DNA from: Somniosus microcephalus
Lineage: Eukaryota
Assembly (NCBI GenBank): GCA_052327205.1
Contig: CM126207.1
Span: 43,462,001-43,526,000, forward strand
Direction: 5' to 3'
DNA length: 64,000 nt
The notes under the pieces were generated by a model. The model searched no databases. It was given only the letters and a program-made list of their open reading frames with translations, and had not been told where the DNA came from. Within the stretch, counting starts at the first letter, position 1. Each line of letters begins with the position of its first letter. Of this stretch, positions 21,562-33,973 are shown piece after piece. Position numbers and translations under genes: made by a program.

Positions 21562-22650
21562 TAGTATATTCTGAGCTATCAGTATTTCAATTACAGCTCT
21601 TTCAGAAGTAATCCATCATCTTACAAACTTAAAATGAAGTCAATAATTACCACAAAATTTGTTGTTTTTTTTTTCTCCCCTCTTATCCTCTAGATTCCTT
21701 TTAAAAAGGTAGTGTCCTCCAGTCCAAATGGAAATGGCAGTCCTTCATGTATTAATCTAGACAGGTGATTTTGGCAGCGATTTGTACCTGTGGGCAATGG
21801 GAGAATCACAGACCTCTCCTTGTTCCGATGTCTATGCACATATGCACACTGGATACTAATCTGGAGTAGGAGCTTTGGTCTAATGCTCCTTTCTAGTCCA
21901 GGAATGTCGAGTCTAAATGTAGTGTCGCTGCTGTCACCCATGTTACGTATCAGGCATCTAATCTGGGGATCTACCTGGTCTGTATGGCGCCATTATATGC
22001 TGGCTTTACCAACGGAGCAATCAGTAAAGTTAGACTTTCAACTTTACCAACTTTATCGTGCCTTTCCCATCAGATGAGTTTGTTTCAAAATCACATTTTT
22101 GGGAACTTCTTTGAATGATTGCAAATGTAACCCCTAACATTATGTTCAACTTGATCAATACCAAAGAGAATTCTCAAACGTTAATACTAACTCAAAATGT
22201 TCATTTAAAATATATAAATTAGGCCCTTTTCATTAACACTGGTATTTATATGCTTGGGTGTACGTTGTTGTGACTAATATTAACCCTTGGAACATCATGG
22301 ATTTGTTGTCTGGGTGCAGTTGGGTTACATGTGCCCAAGATAACTCATCCTGCAGCAGCACTTTCACATTTGATGCTTTAAAATATGTCAGATGTTTCAG
22401 GACCACTTTTCAAACAATCAGCACCATTTTCTCATGGGTCACGCGGCTTTAAGATGTGAGTAAAAGATGGAAGCATTGGAGCTTAGCAAAGTTGCAAGTT
22501 ACTTGTGTGCTGGTAAGTATTCTATCTGAGTTGGCAGGTGTAAAAGTACAAACTCATTAATCAAATGTACAACTTACGGAGCTGCCACTTTAATATCATT
22601 TATAGGAATGGTGGTTAAGATGATAGTGTTTGTGCTTTATCTCCCTGCAG

Positions 22651-22707
22651 CAAAAGAGTGGCCAGAGCCCTCAGAAACAGAGTCCCTCAGACAGCGATCA
22701 CAGTGAT
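22651..22707 (+). CDS. LRCH3: LRCH3 exon (QKSGQSPQKQSPSDSDHSD)
   Basis: ctgcag acceptor, gtaagt donor, 57 nt; QSPQKQ motif. Confidence 0.9.
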
Positions 22708-25264
22708 GTAAGTCCTTGTGCAGGTTTAGCTGGATGTTGGAGAATAGAGTGAATGGTGAGAGATCTGTCTGACTCTTTTTAAAGGGACAGTGATGTTAGT
22801 GTCACATAACCTTTCAGTTCACACTTCAAGGACAGTATCACCCTAACCGCTTGTAAAGGAAAAACATCACATACCAGAATATGTGATCTTTGCGTCTGAC
22901 TAAATCATCTCTATACGCCGGTCACCTTTCACTCCTTTGGAGTACTTCATTTGTACTGATCATATTCCAGACATGCTTCGATATCGAGTTATTTAGAACA
23001 AAATTGCCATTTAAGAAATTAATTTGGAGGATTTTGTAATATTTATAGGTTTTCTGGAGTAGATTTGTACATAAATAGTCTATAGTAACTGCTCTTCCAT
23101 ATCACAATGACAGGTTTGTAGAGGATGTGGATTTTCCTCTTCTGTCTTGACAGATCAATGCCTCTTGTTTTGCTATATCGCTTTCTGCAGTGAACAGTAA
23201 TTTTTTTAATGCATTTTATGAATATCCTTGTAAACATCTTTTTTATTTATAGAATTGTACAAGGGTAGCAACATTTCCAAATTCAGAACTCAAAATAATT
23301 GTCTGATTGTTGTGAGCACTATAGAGTGGATGTTTCAAACTAGTCTTCCTGTGCAAAGCTGGAAGACTACTGTTCCCCCACCCCACCCCTCCCCAATCTC
23401 TAATGACTCTTATTGAATTGTAACTTGTAAAAACTTTATCCTTTTTGACACAGTTTTCGCAGCAGTTTTCCCCCCCATTTTTGCTGGCATTGTGCACTTG
23501 TTAGGAGACAAGAACATAACCAGTTTAATCATCAGGTTTCATTTTTTTTTGTTCCTCACGGTGTTTTGTCCAGTCCCAATTAGAATGCAAAGTTTAACCG
23601 GAGGTGGATTGAGTCCAGACTGATCTTCGATTGGCACTTAAAATAACACTATTTTGGTGGACTTAAATTTACATACACAGACCTACATATACAGACTTAC
23701 TATAACTTAAATTTAATTAATTTTTAAACAAATGTGCTGCACTATCAGGAACACATTTGCATATGTGTATATACTTTTCCTCTCAAAGAGAAGGTGAGAA
23801 TAGGAGGAGTACCTTTCTGTTCAAACTACTTCCCCATTTGTCTGAAAACCCATAGTGTGTTTTTCCTGAATGGGTTGCTTCAGGCAGTGAGTGGAGCTAC
23901 TCTGAGATGTTCACACTGCCTCCTGTAATTTACCTCCCAGAGTGGCCTTAGGCAACAGGACCCAAAAGAGTAAGTCACCCAACAACAACATTTTGACAGG
24001 TAATCTTTTTATCAGAAATGGGGCAGTCCTTTTAAATAGAAACTACATTCCTTGCTCTTAAAAGACTACTTGGTTTCAAATAAAAGACACTAGATTTCTT
24101 TCACAAACGGATATGCTGATTTGATTTTTGATATTGAAGTTTCCGTAACTACTTAAATGGATCAATTAAGCACTGAGCTTTAAAAAATTTGGATATTCTA
24201 TAAACCAGTTTAAATATTCAACTTTGAGTTGATTATTAGCATTTCCTTGTTGCTACTTGCAAATGAAAATTAACCTTTTAATGAAAAGATTTCTGTTGAT
24301 TTAACCACAATTTTGAAATGGTAATCATTCTCAATTTTATTCATTCACAGTCTAATGTAGGCTGAAGATGTGCCAGCATGTAATATTCAAAGTAGCTTTT
24401 ATGTAATTTCCAACCATCATTTTTTTGTAGCTTGCCCTATTTAACATAACATATTGTTGGACATTATTGCAGTTATTTGATCAAAAACAATTCCATTACT
24501 TTAGTAAGCTCATAGCACTTAGCAGACTACATGAATTTACAATAAATATATAAGTAGATTAATATGGTGCATATATTTTATGAAATTCCTGTTTCAGTTT
24601 TTTAAAAATCCCTTTTTATGATTAAGTAGCTGAGCTGTGCTTGGCACCCAGCTCTACAGCTTTGTTGAGACAGTAAATTGAGGTTCCAGTATACTGTTCC
24701 GCTTCCCTGTTCCCCAGTTCCACATTAAAGCAAGCAGTGCACAAACATTTTCGGTTGATGGTCAGACGATTTTACAGTTTGATTTTTAAGTTGAAAGATT
24801 TAAACGTTAGAATTACTAAGTAACATTTTAAAAGCAATTCACCACGATAATTCAGAACCACTGAATCTTCAAAAGACTGAAATTAGGCAGTGCTAAACTT
24901 CCCAATTCTTTTACACAGACATGCTGTAGCATATGCAGTTTGATTAAATGTGCTGTTTACCCAGATCCTGAAAACAGTTACAACAACTGACAGTACATGA
25001 GTAACAGTTTGTCTGAACTATGATGAACCAAGTCATGCTAATGTAAAATGTAAAGTGAGATGCATAGTCTGGTTTCCTGTAATTGACTGAATTCCAGAAT
25101 CATTAAGTATATGTTAATTGTTTGCACCCATACAGAATTTGCATTATTTTGGTTTGGTTTAACTCTGTTCAGATGATTAGTTTGCTTGTCCCTACATGTG
25201 ACTGTTGAGAATATTTGTTGTGTTTTATGATTATTCATTTCTCTCCCCGTTCCCCTCCCCCCAG

Positions 25265-25324
25265 CTCCCCAAACATTTCCCTATCAGACGGTCCCAGCAC
25301 ACAGATGATAGCGCCTTGTTAGTG
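25265..25324 (+). CDS. LRCH3: LRCH3 exon (LPKHFPIRRSQHTDDSALLV)
   Basis: C-rich tract plus ccag, gtaaga donor, 60 nt; RRSQHTDDSAL motif. Confidence 0.93.
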
Positions 25325-28300
25325 GTAAGAGTGTGTCTGCATGGATTGGCCTGTATTTTAATAGAAATTTAGATCATAGAAATGGCATGATGTGTAATCT
25401 ATCAATTTACCAATCATTAGCTAAAGCTTTACTGAATAGCACAACCCACATAAAAATGGAAGGATTCCTTGTACTCCATCACTGGAGAATATCCTTATCA
25501 CACTTGTGGAAGCAGAATTTTCTTCTACAGTGACTGGAAACACATTTGTGTCAAGTCTTTGCTAAACAACATCCTATAATAATAACTTAAAGGCAAGCAA
25601 GCAAAGGAGAAAAAAAAGCTCTTTTATCTTGCATCTGGATTTGTCATAAAAATAGCAGAGAGACAAATCAGTCTCTTGAATGCAAGAGATGTAGTGGTAC
25701 TGTTCTTTTATTAGATCACTTTTTAAACGCTATACCATAAACAAAGTAAAGAACACAATGGGTGGGAAATTGAGTGAAGCAGTGACACTGTTTTTTCAAC
25801 TCTTTTACTTGAGTTTTGAATCCAGTCTAAACTGATGAGATGAACATCTCCTCACTCAACTGCCTGTAATATGTCTACCTGAAATGAATTTGGGCAGCCT
25901 CATTCAATTTCTCGTGGGTGCAGGTCCACAGAACAAAAGGCCTCGAATTGGCAGTCTTACTGGCGAATAACTTAAGTGGAATCATTCATACTGGTCATTC
26001 GGCACATTAGTGGGAGGAGCAGCTGGGCCCTTAATTAACATCTAATATATCTTGCCTGGAAACACTTGATGCTGGCACTGAGTAATAATTGTTCCCTTCC
26101 CTACTTCTGCCATTTCTCACCCTGTTGAAGGTAAAATTAACTTAAAAAATTGATACTAAAGATGCTGCATAATATATTAAAAATGGAATAAGATCAGTGA
26201 CTTTAGATTCACTGTTATAACACCTATGCTTTCTTCAGCAAAGTAATTGATATGTTGTGCTGTTTCGCTGATCTTTCACTGAATGGATGTGCTGAAGGTC
26301 TAATTTGGAGCCCTTAACAAATTGCTTTATCGTAGCTCTGTGTGACAGTGTTTTACAAATCTTTGGAAGCCAAATCTGACGCCTGACATCTTGGACTGAT
26401 CCATGAAATGAGTGGGTTGAATATCTCAAATGAAACCACATTACTAGTCAGCTGGGGAAAATTCTAAGTTGAACTCTTGATTTGTGGCCACCACACTTTG
26501 TGCATAGTATAAGCAAGAGCACCAAAACAAAAAAGGAAGGAGTACTGTACTGTTCGGTTGACCCTGCACTGATGACCTTCATTAGGTGAACACAGAGTAG
26601 AAATGGCAACAAGGACATAAAATGTAGGACAAGAAACGACTTTGGTCCATTAACCCATCTCATTTGATGGACTGTGTACAATCTACCCATCGTGGACTTG
26701 AACCCTCCCACTTAATCTCTTGGCAAACCCATGTCATCACCTAAGAGATAGCTGTGCATAAAAATTCACTAATCATAAAAGGAAATCCAACAAAACAGCA
26801 AAATATTCATCCAATGCCACATCTCCACTATTCTTCTGCCCTGCACAGACAACAAATTCCCTTCCCCAGCAACATAGGAATCCTCATATTTCATTGATTT
26901 GATCATGTCAGTCAATACCATTCCTGTAACCTCCAATCCTGTTCCCAACCAGATACTTACACAACACAGAATCGAGTGCCTTTGCTAGGAGTCTTTTACT
27001 AGTTTGTGGGAGTGGGGGAAGGTTTTTTTCTATTCTCACCTCTTAGTAAAAGAGTTGGTGACATAATATAACCCTGCTGGTTGAAAGATAATTTAAGACA
27101 GGGCCTTTAAAGAAAAGGGAATAAAGCCTTCAAGTGCAAGCCTTTTTGAGATCACTAAATTGATTATGCCTATATGCAAGTGCTTAAATGAGCAAAACGG
27201 GTGGAGAGAAGGAGAAAGTGCAAACTTTGTAAATTCAAAAACTTCCCAAGCAATTCTTGTTCAACTTGAAGTTGGGAAAGACGGATGTGGTTTGTGCTAT
27301 TCACATTAGCTTTACCTAGTACTGATTTATTCACGGTTACCTGATTCTGACTTGAATCCGTAGTTAGTAACACTGTGCTGATCTTGCCCGGACAACAGTG
27401 AGGCATGGAATTATGTTGCGTTGCATGTACTCCACACCTGCCAATATTCTATCTGCAGTCATAACCAATGGGCTACTCGGTGCAGTGGAGCACACACAAA
27501 TCATTGGAATGCATGCTTACACACTGCAATATATATATTATACTTCTATATATCAAAGCTTTTAGATTACCCATGCATCAGAATGTTTTGTGGTCAAGTT
27601 ATTTTATGCGACAACTGTACGAAGACCAGCGTGAGCTGAAATCCGCTAGTCCTGCCTTCACTGGTCTGTTGTTGCAACAAAAGCATTTCCATAATGTGTG
27701 TCCGAATCATTGATTATAGTTTTTAAACTGGATTTTTGACTTTTCTACTTTTCACCTTCAATTTTATTTTATTCTAGTTTTAAACTCATCTTGACATGAC
27801 ATCTGAAAATTTTATTTACTTGATCTAAATTCTTTTAAGGTTTATTAAAATTAAATAGTTTCTGTTTATTACATCCTGTTTTTATTTTCTGACCTCTTTA
27901 AATCTTTCTTTGCCATATATTTATTTCATCATTTGTGACTTCAACTTTTTACAAAAGATGTATTTGTTTTTGTTTTGAGGTGCATTAGCTTTAATTCTTC
28001 ATTGGTCTGTTACTTTCACTGAGATGTCTCAAGTTTATCTCTGTTTCATTTCTTTTGCTTTCTGTTTGGCTGCTACAGTATTTGCAGCTACTAAACAAAT
28101 TAATCACAGTAATGTCAAGATTCCTATGACCAGAGGATTGTTGAAATGGACAATAAAAGCTGTCATTTTTAAGCATGGTACTTTTGTTATAGGTAGTTCT
28201 TCAGTTGCCACTGGGCCACGTAGAGGCAGAAACTGAGTACTGCAGCATGGCATGGCCACCGTCCATTGATTTTTTTTAAATGACTAGTCCAACCTTTTAG

Positions 28301-30144
28301 CAGATCTCGGACCAGTGGAATTTTTTTTAACTTGATGGGATTCACAAGTTGTTAGGATACTGTATTTATCCTTACGGCAGGGACATTTTTAGCTGACTAA
28401 AATAGTGAAAATAGTTTTACACAAACAAATAAACTGCATGTTGTAAAAGCATTTTCTTTTTCATAGCCAGATAGATGAATCATTCTTTTCCATGTAAAAA
28501 CCAATAAAAGCTGTCATGCCATATTTTTCCTCAGCCTGGGTTATTTAAGAGTTTTAAAGATGTGTGGCAGTTAATGGCTGGGGCTGGCTTGCTTGCATTT
28601 CAAAGTGTGCTACATTATAGTTGGGCAATAATAAATGCAAGGCTGACTGCTTATTTTAGCACACAGGGGATTGTTCTAATATAAGGCAGATCTATGTGCT
28701 AAATATAGAATCTTGTGTGCTGAAAACTTGATAAATACACACCTTTATGTTTATTATTGCCATTAGATTGCAGGTATGTTCAGTTTTTCTGGTGTATTGC
28801 TGTCAATGATTATATATTGATAATGCAGCAGCTAGCTCATTGCAGAACTATGAAATACTATGAAGCCACATTGGTGCTGAACCTGGTGGATTTTACTGTG
28901 ATTCGCAGCAAATCAGTAAACCACCTTTAGGACTTCCTGTAATCTAATGAAAAGTATTTTCTGTTGAACTGTTTACTAGAATGCTGATTTTTTTTTTTGT
29001 GTGTTAACTTCAGTGTTCATTGTCCTGCCTGGCAGGACCTCACTTCCATAACTCTAATTTTGATAAACTAATGATCTACACACCATGTACAAATTTCGGA
29101 TGAAGTGCTAATATTTAATATACTGCTTCTTGAATTAAAAAATTATATGCAACAGAAGCAGTGGTAAAAATCACTGGATCTCTTAATTTCTGCCAATCTG
29201 GGGGTAATTAAGCAAGCCAGTGGAAGAGTTTTATTTATCATAATATTGTAGCCTTTTTTATTTCTGAGTAGAAGCTGCTGAAGTAATTACATAATTCTTT
29301 CCTTTGTAACATCTAGTGACACATTAAATGATGTAACATAAGAGAGCTATTGGCTCATATCAAAACGGTACTCTTGAGTACTGTTGTAACAACATAAATC
29401 AATAGCCATTGTTATGCACAACTTAACTGTACATATATTTGGACACAGAGTCCATTTTACAGGTGTGATGTATGGGGTTTTCTGGAGCTTTTTAATAAAA
29501 TTGGTATTTTGGTACTTTGCTGGTAGATTCTCAAAATCAACAATAATGATTGGGTAACCTGTTGATTGAATTCCGAAGTTGCTATTTTGGACTGTGTATA
29601 GTATGCTCATGCATGCAGACATAGAAAACTAACAAAGCTGACCAACAGGTTCACAAAAAGTGACAGCCCCAGAAAAGCTGAGAACTGAAAAACATTCCTG
29701 AATATATGCGTTATGACACATGAAGATAAGGGATGCAGTAAGACATGTGCTGATCATCAGTTAAGCTGCAGGTGCTCCCACCATTTAATCACTTTTATTG
29801 TAGTGGAAAAATCCTAAAGTACATAAAAGCACAGTTTGCAGCAATGGTGAATATTGAAGTTATTGAGGGAGAATGTGAATGCTGAAGGCATGAGATTTAT
29901 TTTCTATGAGATCTGGGGGGCATGCCACTCCCAGAGGTTTTGATTTTTGACACTATCTTGTGCATTTTCCAACATTTTGGAGCCTGCTATAATTCTGATT
30001 TGTTTTAAGCCAAAACTAATTTCTCCTGGAAAAGTTTAGAGATATTTTATGTATGAAAAAAGTAGTTGTACAGATTTCAATGCAACTTTACAGTTGACGC
30101 TAAAATAAATGGGTTAATGCCCTCCTGTTAAAATAATGTCAAAT

Positions 30145-30640
30145 AACAGCTTACATTTGTATAGAACCTTTAACATAGAACAATGCCTTAAAGCACTTCA
30201 CAGAGGTGTAATCAAAAAAATGGATGCTGCGCCAAAGTAGGAGGTATTAGCGGGGATGACCAAAAACTTGGCCAAAGAGATGGGTTTTAAGGAGGGCCTT
30301 GAAGGAGGACGGTGGTGGAGGGATTTAGGAAGCGAATTCCAGAGCTTGGGGCTGATGCAGCTGAAAGCATGACCTCCAGTGGTGGGGCGAAGGGTGAGTT
30401 GATGCACAAGAGTCCAGTGTCCGAAGAATGGAGAGTTTGGAAGTGCAGTTGTCGGGCTGGAGGAGGTTACAGAGATAGGGAGGAGATGAGCCCAGAAGGC
30501 ATTTAAACACGAGGACAAGAATTTTAGTTTTGACGTGTTGGGAAACCAATAGCCATTGTACCTCAGTGAGAGCAGGGGTGATGGGTGAGTGGGACTTGGT
30601 ACAGGATAAGATTGGGACAGCACAGTTTTTAACAACGCAT
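30145..30640 (-). mobile_element. L2-type LINE 3' fragment
   Basis: Minus-strand remnants GGHAFS..PKLWNSLP and KTKILVLVFKCL; related copy at 40395-40635. Confidence 0.75.
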
Positions 30641-32717
30641 TAAACATTCACCCATTATTATTGCCAACAGTAATTTCTGGCCTATGTTCTTTTGAATCTG
30701 TCAAAGTTTACTTAGTTGTACCAAAAATAAAATATTACGCATTACAATCTTTTTTTTAAATAAAGTGCGCAAAAAATATGATTTTCAGGAATAGGCATGG
30801 GGAGCTGAATTTTGTGCCCTCAGAGACACTTGTTTGCTTTCAGTTTGGAGGTTGCCAATCTATTATACCCTGATTGATTATTAATATCACTCCTCATGTT
30901 TCCCCATGGATGTTGACCGCTTTAAAATAGATATTGTGGGCGGTCTTCCTGGTTACTTTAAACAAATTGAATGCACCTAAGTTACATGACCTAATGGGGC
31001 ACTGTGACTCGCATACATAGAAGCCAGTCGTCTGCACCCCACGTCACAGCAGTACATTGCAGTAAAATCTTAAATCTAGGAATCACATTGTTAATTTCTT
31101 AAATTAAGTAAAGCATCACCACATCTACTCCACTCTATTTCCAAATCCTGGTAATTCCACCAGATTGGTGACAGGAATGCTCAATAAAACTAATTACTGC
31201 ATATACGTTAGGGAATGTCCTATTTATTTCAAAAAAGTGGTTGCTACTAGTCTTGAAGAAAGTAAACTTTCGTATAAGACAGCAAGCAGGAAACACCAGA
31301 AAGTTATTTTGAGGAAAATTGTAATTTAATAGCTTCATTTTAGCATTTACAACAATTTTGGTGACAAACACTAAATAAAAACACCTTTAACCGTGACACT
31401 CAAAAATCTGTTCTTCTCAAAACATTTCCGACGCAAGTGTGTACACAACCAACAATGGGGAAAAAATAGTTCTGGCCACCTCCAATTCTACCCTGCGACT
31501 CTTGTTCTACCCTTCTGACTGACATGATTAGTTCATGTTGACAATCTCCAATGCCAGTGGATAAAAGCTGATTTCTCTTGTGAAACACTGACAAACTGAC
31601 TGTCCGGCTCGGAAAGCGGACTGTAGGCACGTATGTATGTGACTCAGGCAAAATTATGAATGTTTGTTGCAATTACTGTGATCTTTGACATCTGTGAACT
31701 GTAATCAGGAGTGGAATGAAAGTTTTTTCTTTAGTGAAGGGAACATTGTCTGGATAGGTACTTTATGCCACGTGTGCATCACTTTTTTCTTGATGGCCAA
31801 ATTTTCTACTTGATAAGAGAACGTTAGATAAATTTATCCAAAAATTGTTACGTGGTGACTTACTAAAGGACTTAAGGAACTGCCACAATGGCACACTGAA
31901 AATTCTACATATGCAAAATGTCTTGATTATTTTTACCTGTTACTGTAAATTTTGTTTCAGGAGAGCACATATTCCTTACTTCCAGTGTTTTGATTTATCA
32001 GCGTTTTCCTAGGGGTCAGATGGCTATCGTATTGCACTTGTCAGAATCTTGCTTTGATCAATACGTAGTATATCCAGCATCCGGCTGCCCTTTGGAGTAT
32101 AGTTCCAGATATAAGGTTACAGGATCCGCGTTTTAGCTCGTTACCATGTTATGTTTTGTAGTATGCGATATGCACTGTAGCACAAGCTGTATAATACAAA
32201 GTTTAACTCAAAAGAGCAATTTTTTCCAAAATCTCTGATACTGTTTGATAAAATATTAATCTGAGATAAGTTAGTAAAATCCATAAAGTTTGTTGAGTCC
32301 AGAGTAAAATGCAGTTGAATTTCTGTCTAAACTATTGCTGACTCAAAAATCAACTATATTATGAAATAATTTCAAACCATTATTTCCAGAGCTGTAATAA
32401 AAGCTTCTGATATTGGTTCACCAACATCAGCCAGCTTTGGTAGATTTTTTAAAAATTATTTTCATTTCCTTAAGATCTGGGAATTGAGTTAAATTTCTAA
32501 GTTTATTTTGATGCAGATCTATAACAGTCTGTTATCCATTTGTCATTTTCTGTGGAAAAACTAAAACTACCACAGAGCAAGTTTTGAAAGGGAAAAAGTC
32601 ATTGAAATAAGGCAGAATACTGTAGGCATCTTTCCCCAAGACTGTCCCTCACTAATTATGTGCAGGCTGTTGGACTCTCTTGCCTAAAGCTTTCTCCTCT
32701 GCTTCTTTCTGTAACAG

Positions 32718-32798
32718 AATGGCTTTGAACCACACTTCTTCTTTGAGGTTGACAGTAACACCAATACCATTAAACGGAGGCCTGGCTCACACAGCAAG
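32718..32798 (+). CDS. LRCH3: Probable LRCH3 cassette exon (NGFEPHFFFEVDSNTNTIKRRPGSHSK)
   Basis: Strong pyrimidine tract plus acag, AAG|gtgact donor, 81 nt, phase 0->0, open. Confidence 0.65.
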
Positions 32799-33961
32799 GT
32801 GACTGAGCAGCTTGTGTGGAGTTTGTGGCTTTGTATAGATTCTTGTATTTTTACATTCTATGCATGAAATGGTGGCTGGCTGTGGTTCCTTTCACCAGAC
32901 CAGACTTGACAGTTTAAAAAAAAAAGACACTCAGAATAGAGTCAATAATGCTTTGTCGGCCATGTTTTGTTATTAATGAGCCATTTGAGAGAGGTACAGA
33001 TCAGGAAAGGTTAAAATTATTACAAAGCTCCCAACATTTAAAATAAACATTAAGTCAAACTATCTAGTGTATTTACACAGATTTTGGTGATCTAATATTT
33101 CAGGCAATGCAGTGGGCTGGTGAAAGGTTCTACCCAATCTGCATGTGGAGACTAACTTTTGAATTGCAAGACTATCTTCATCCTTTTTAATTCTATTTTA
33201 TCCAAACCACTTGATCTTTTTTAAATTAAAAAAAATGGAACCAGATCATACGTAATGCAGAACTGGAAATTATAAATCCTTTGAGGATTGCATTAGTATT
33301 TTTGCACCATGTCCAAAGATTCCACGTTCTTACAAATTCCCTACCTGTGCAGCCAGTAAAACGTCAGATATACCCTGGATCAGAATTTTAATTTTCCCAC
33401 ACGTTACAATGTTTTATATTGTGTTCGTTTACTGTAATACAGAATTCTTAATGTTTTATTTAACAAAAGATTTCCAGTAAATTAAAGGATTTTTTTTTTA
33501 ATGTGAGATTTTATTTTCATGCCCTAATGTAAATCCAGTTTATTTAAATGGTGTTTGTTTTGAAATGCAGCCTGCTTATGCCACTAGTGCAGCAATGCAA
33601 CTTCTACAAAGTATGCTGCTGTAATGTGTGTAAACTGGGATCGGAAACAAGAATTTTTAGGCCTTAATTTTATCGTAGATTAATCCTGTTTACCCATCTT
33701 CTCGCCAGACAATACAATTTGCATGCATTAGCTATGAGAAATTTTATTATAAAATATTGAACCATATTACAGGTCTTTCCTTGCACTATATATCCTGATT
33801 GTATTCTGTATAGTTAATTAGAATGCCTCTTAAATGATCTTTCATCCTTTATGTAGACAATTATTTCATCCCAGATACTGAAAGCTATTCTTTCACCTGT
33901 CTCTTATCCTCTCTCCCTCTATCTCTATCGCTAACATAGAAAAACTCTTCATGCTGACTAG

Positions 33962-33973
33962 GAGACCCTAACG
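33962..33973 (+). CDS. LRCH3: Candidate 12-nt microexon (ETLT)
   Basis: Upstream CT tract, TGC just before the ctag acceptor, ACG|gtacgt donor; phase 0 matches the intron. Confidence 0.45.
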
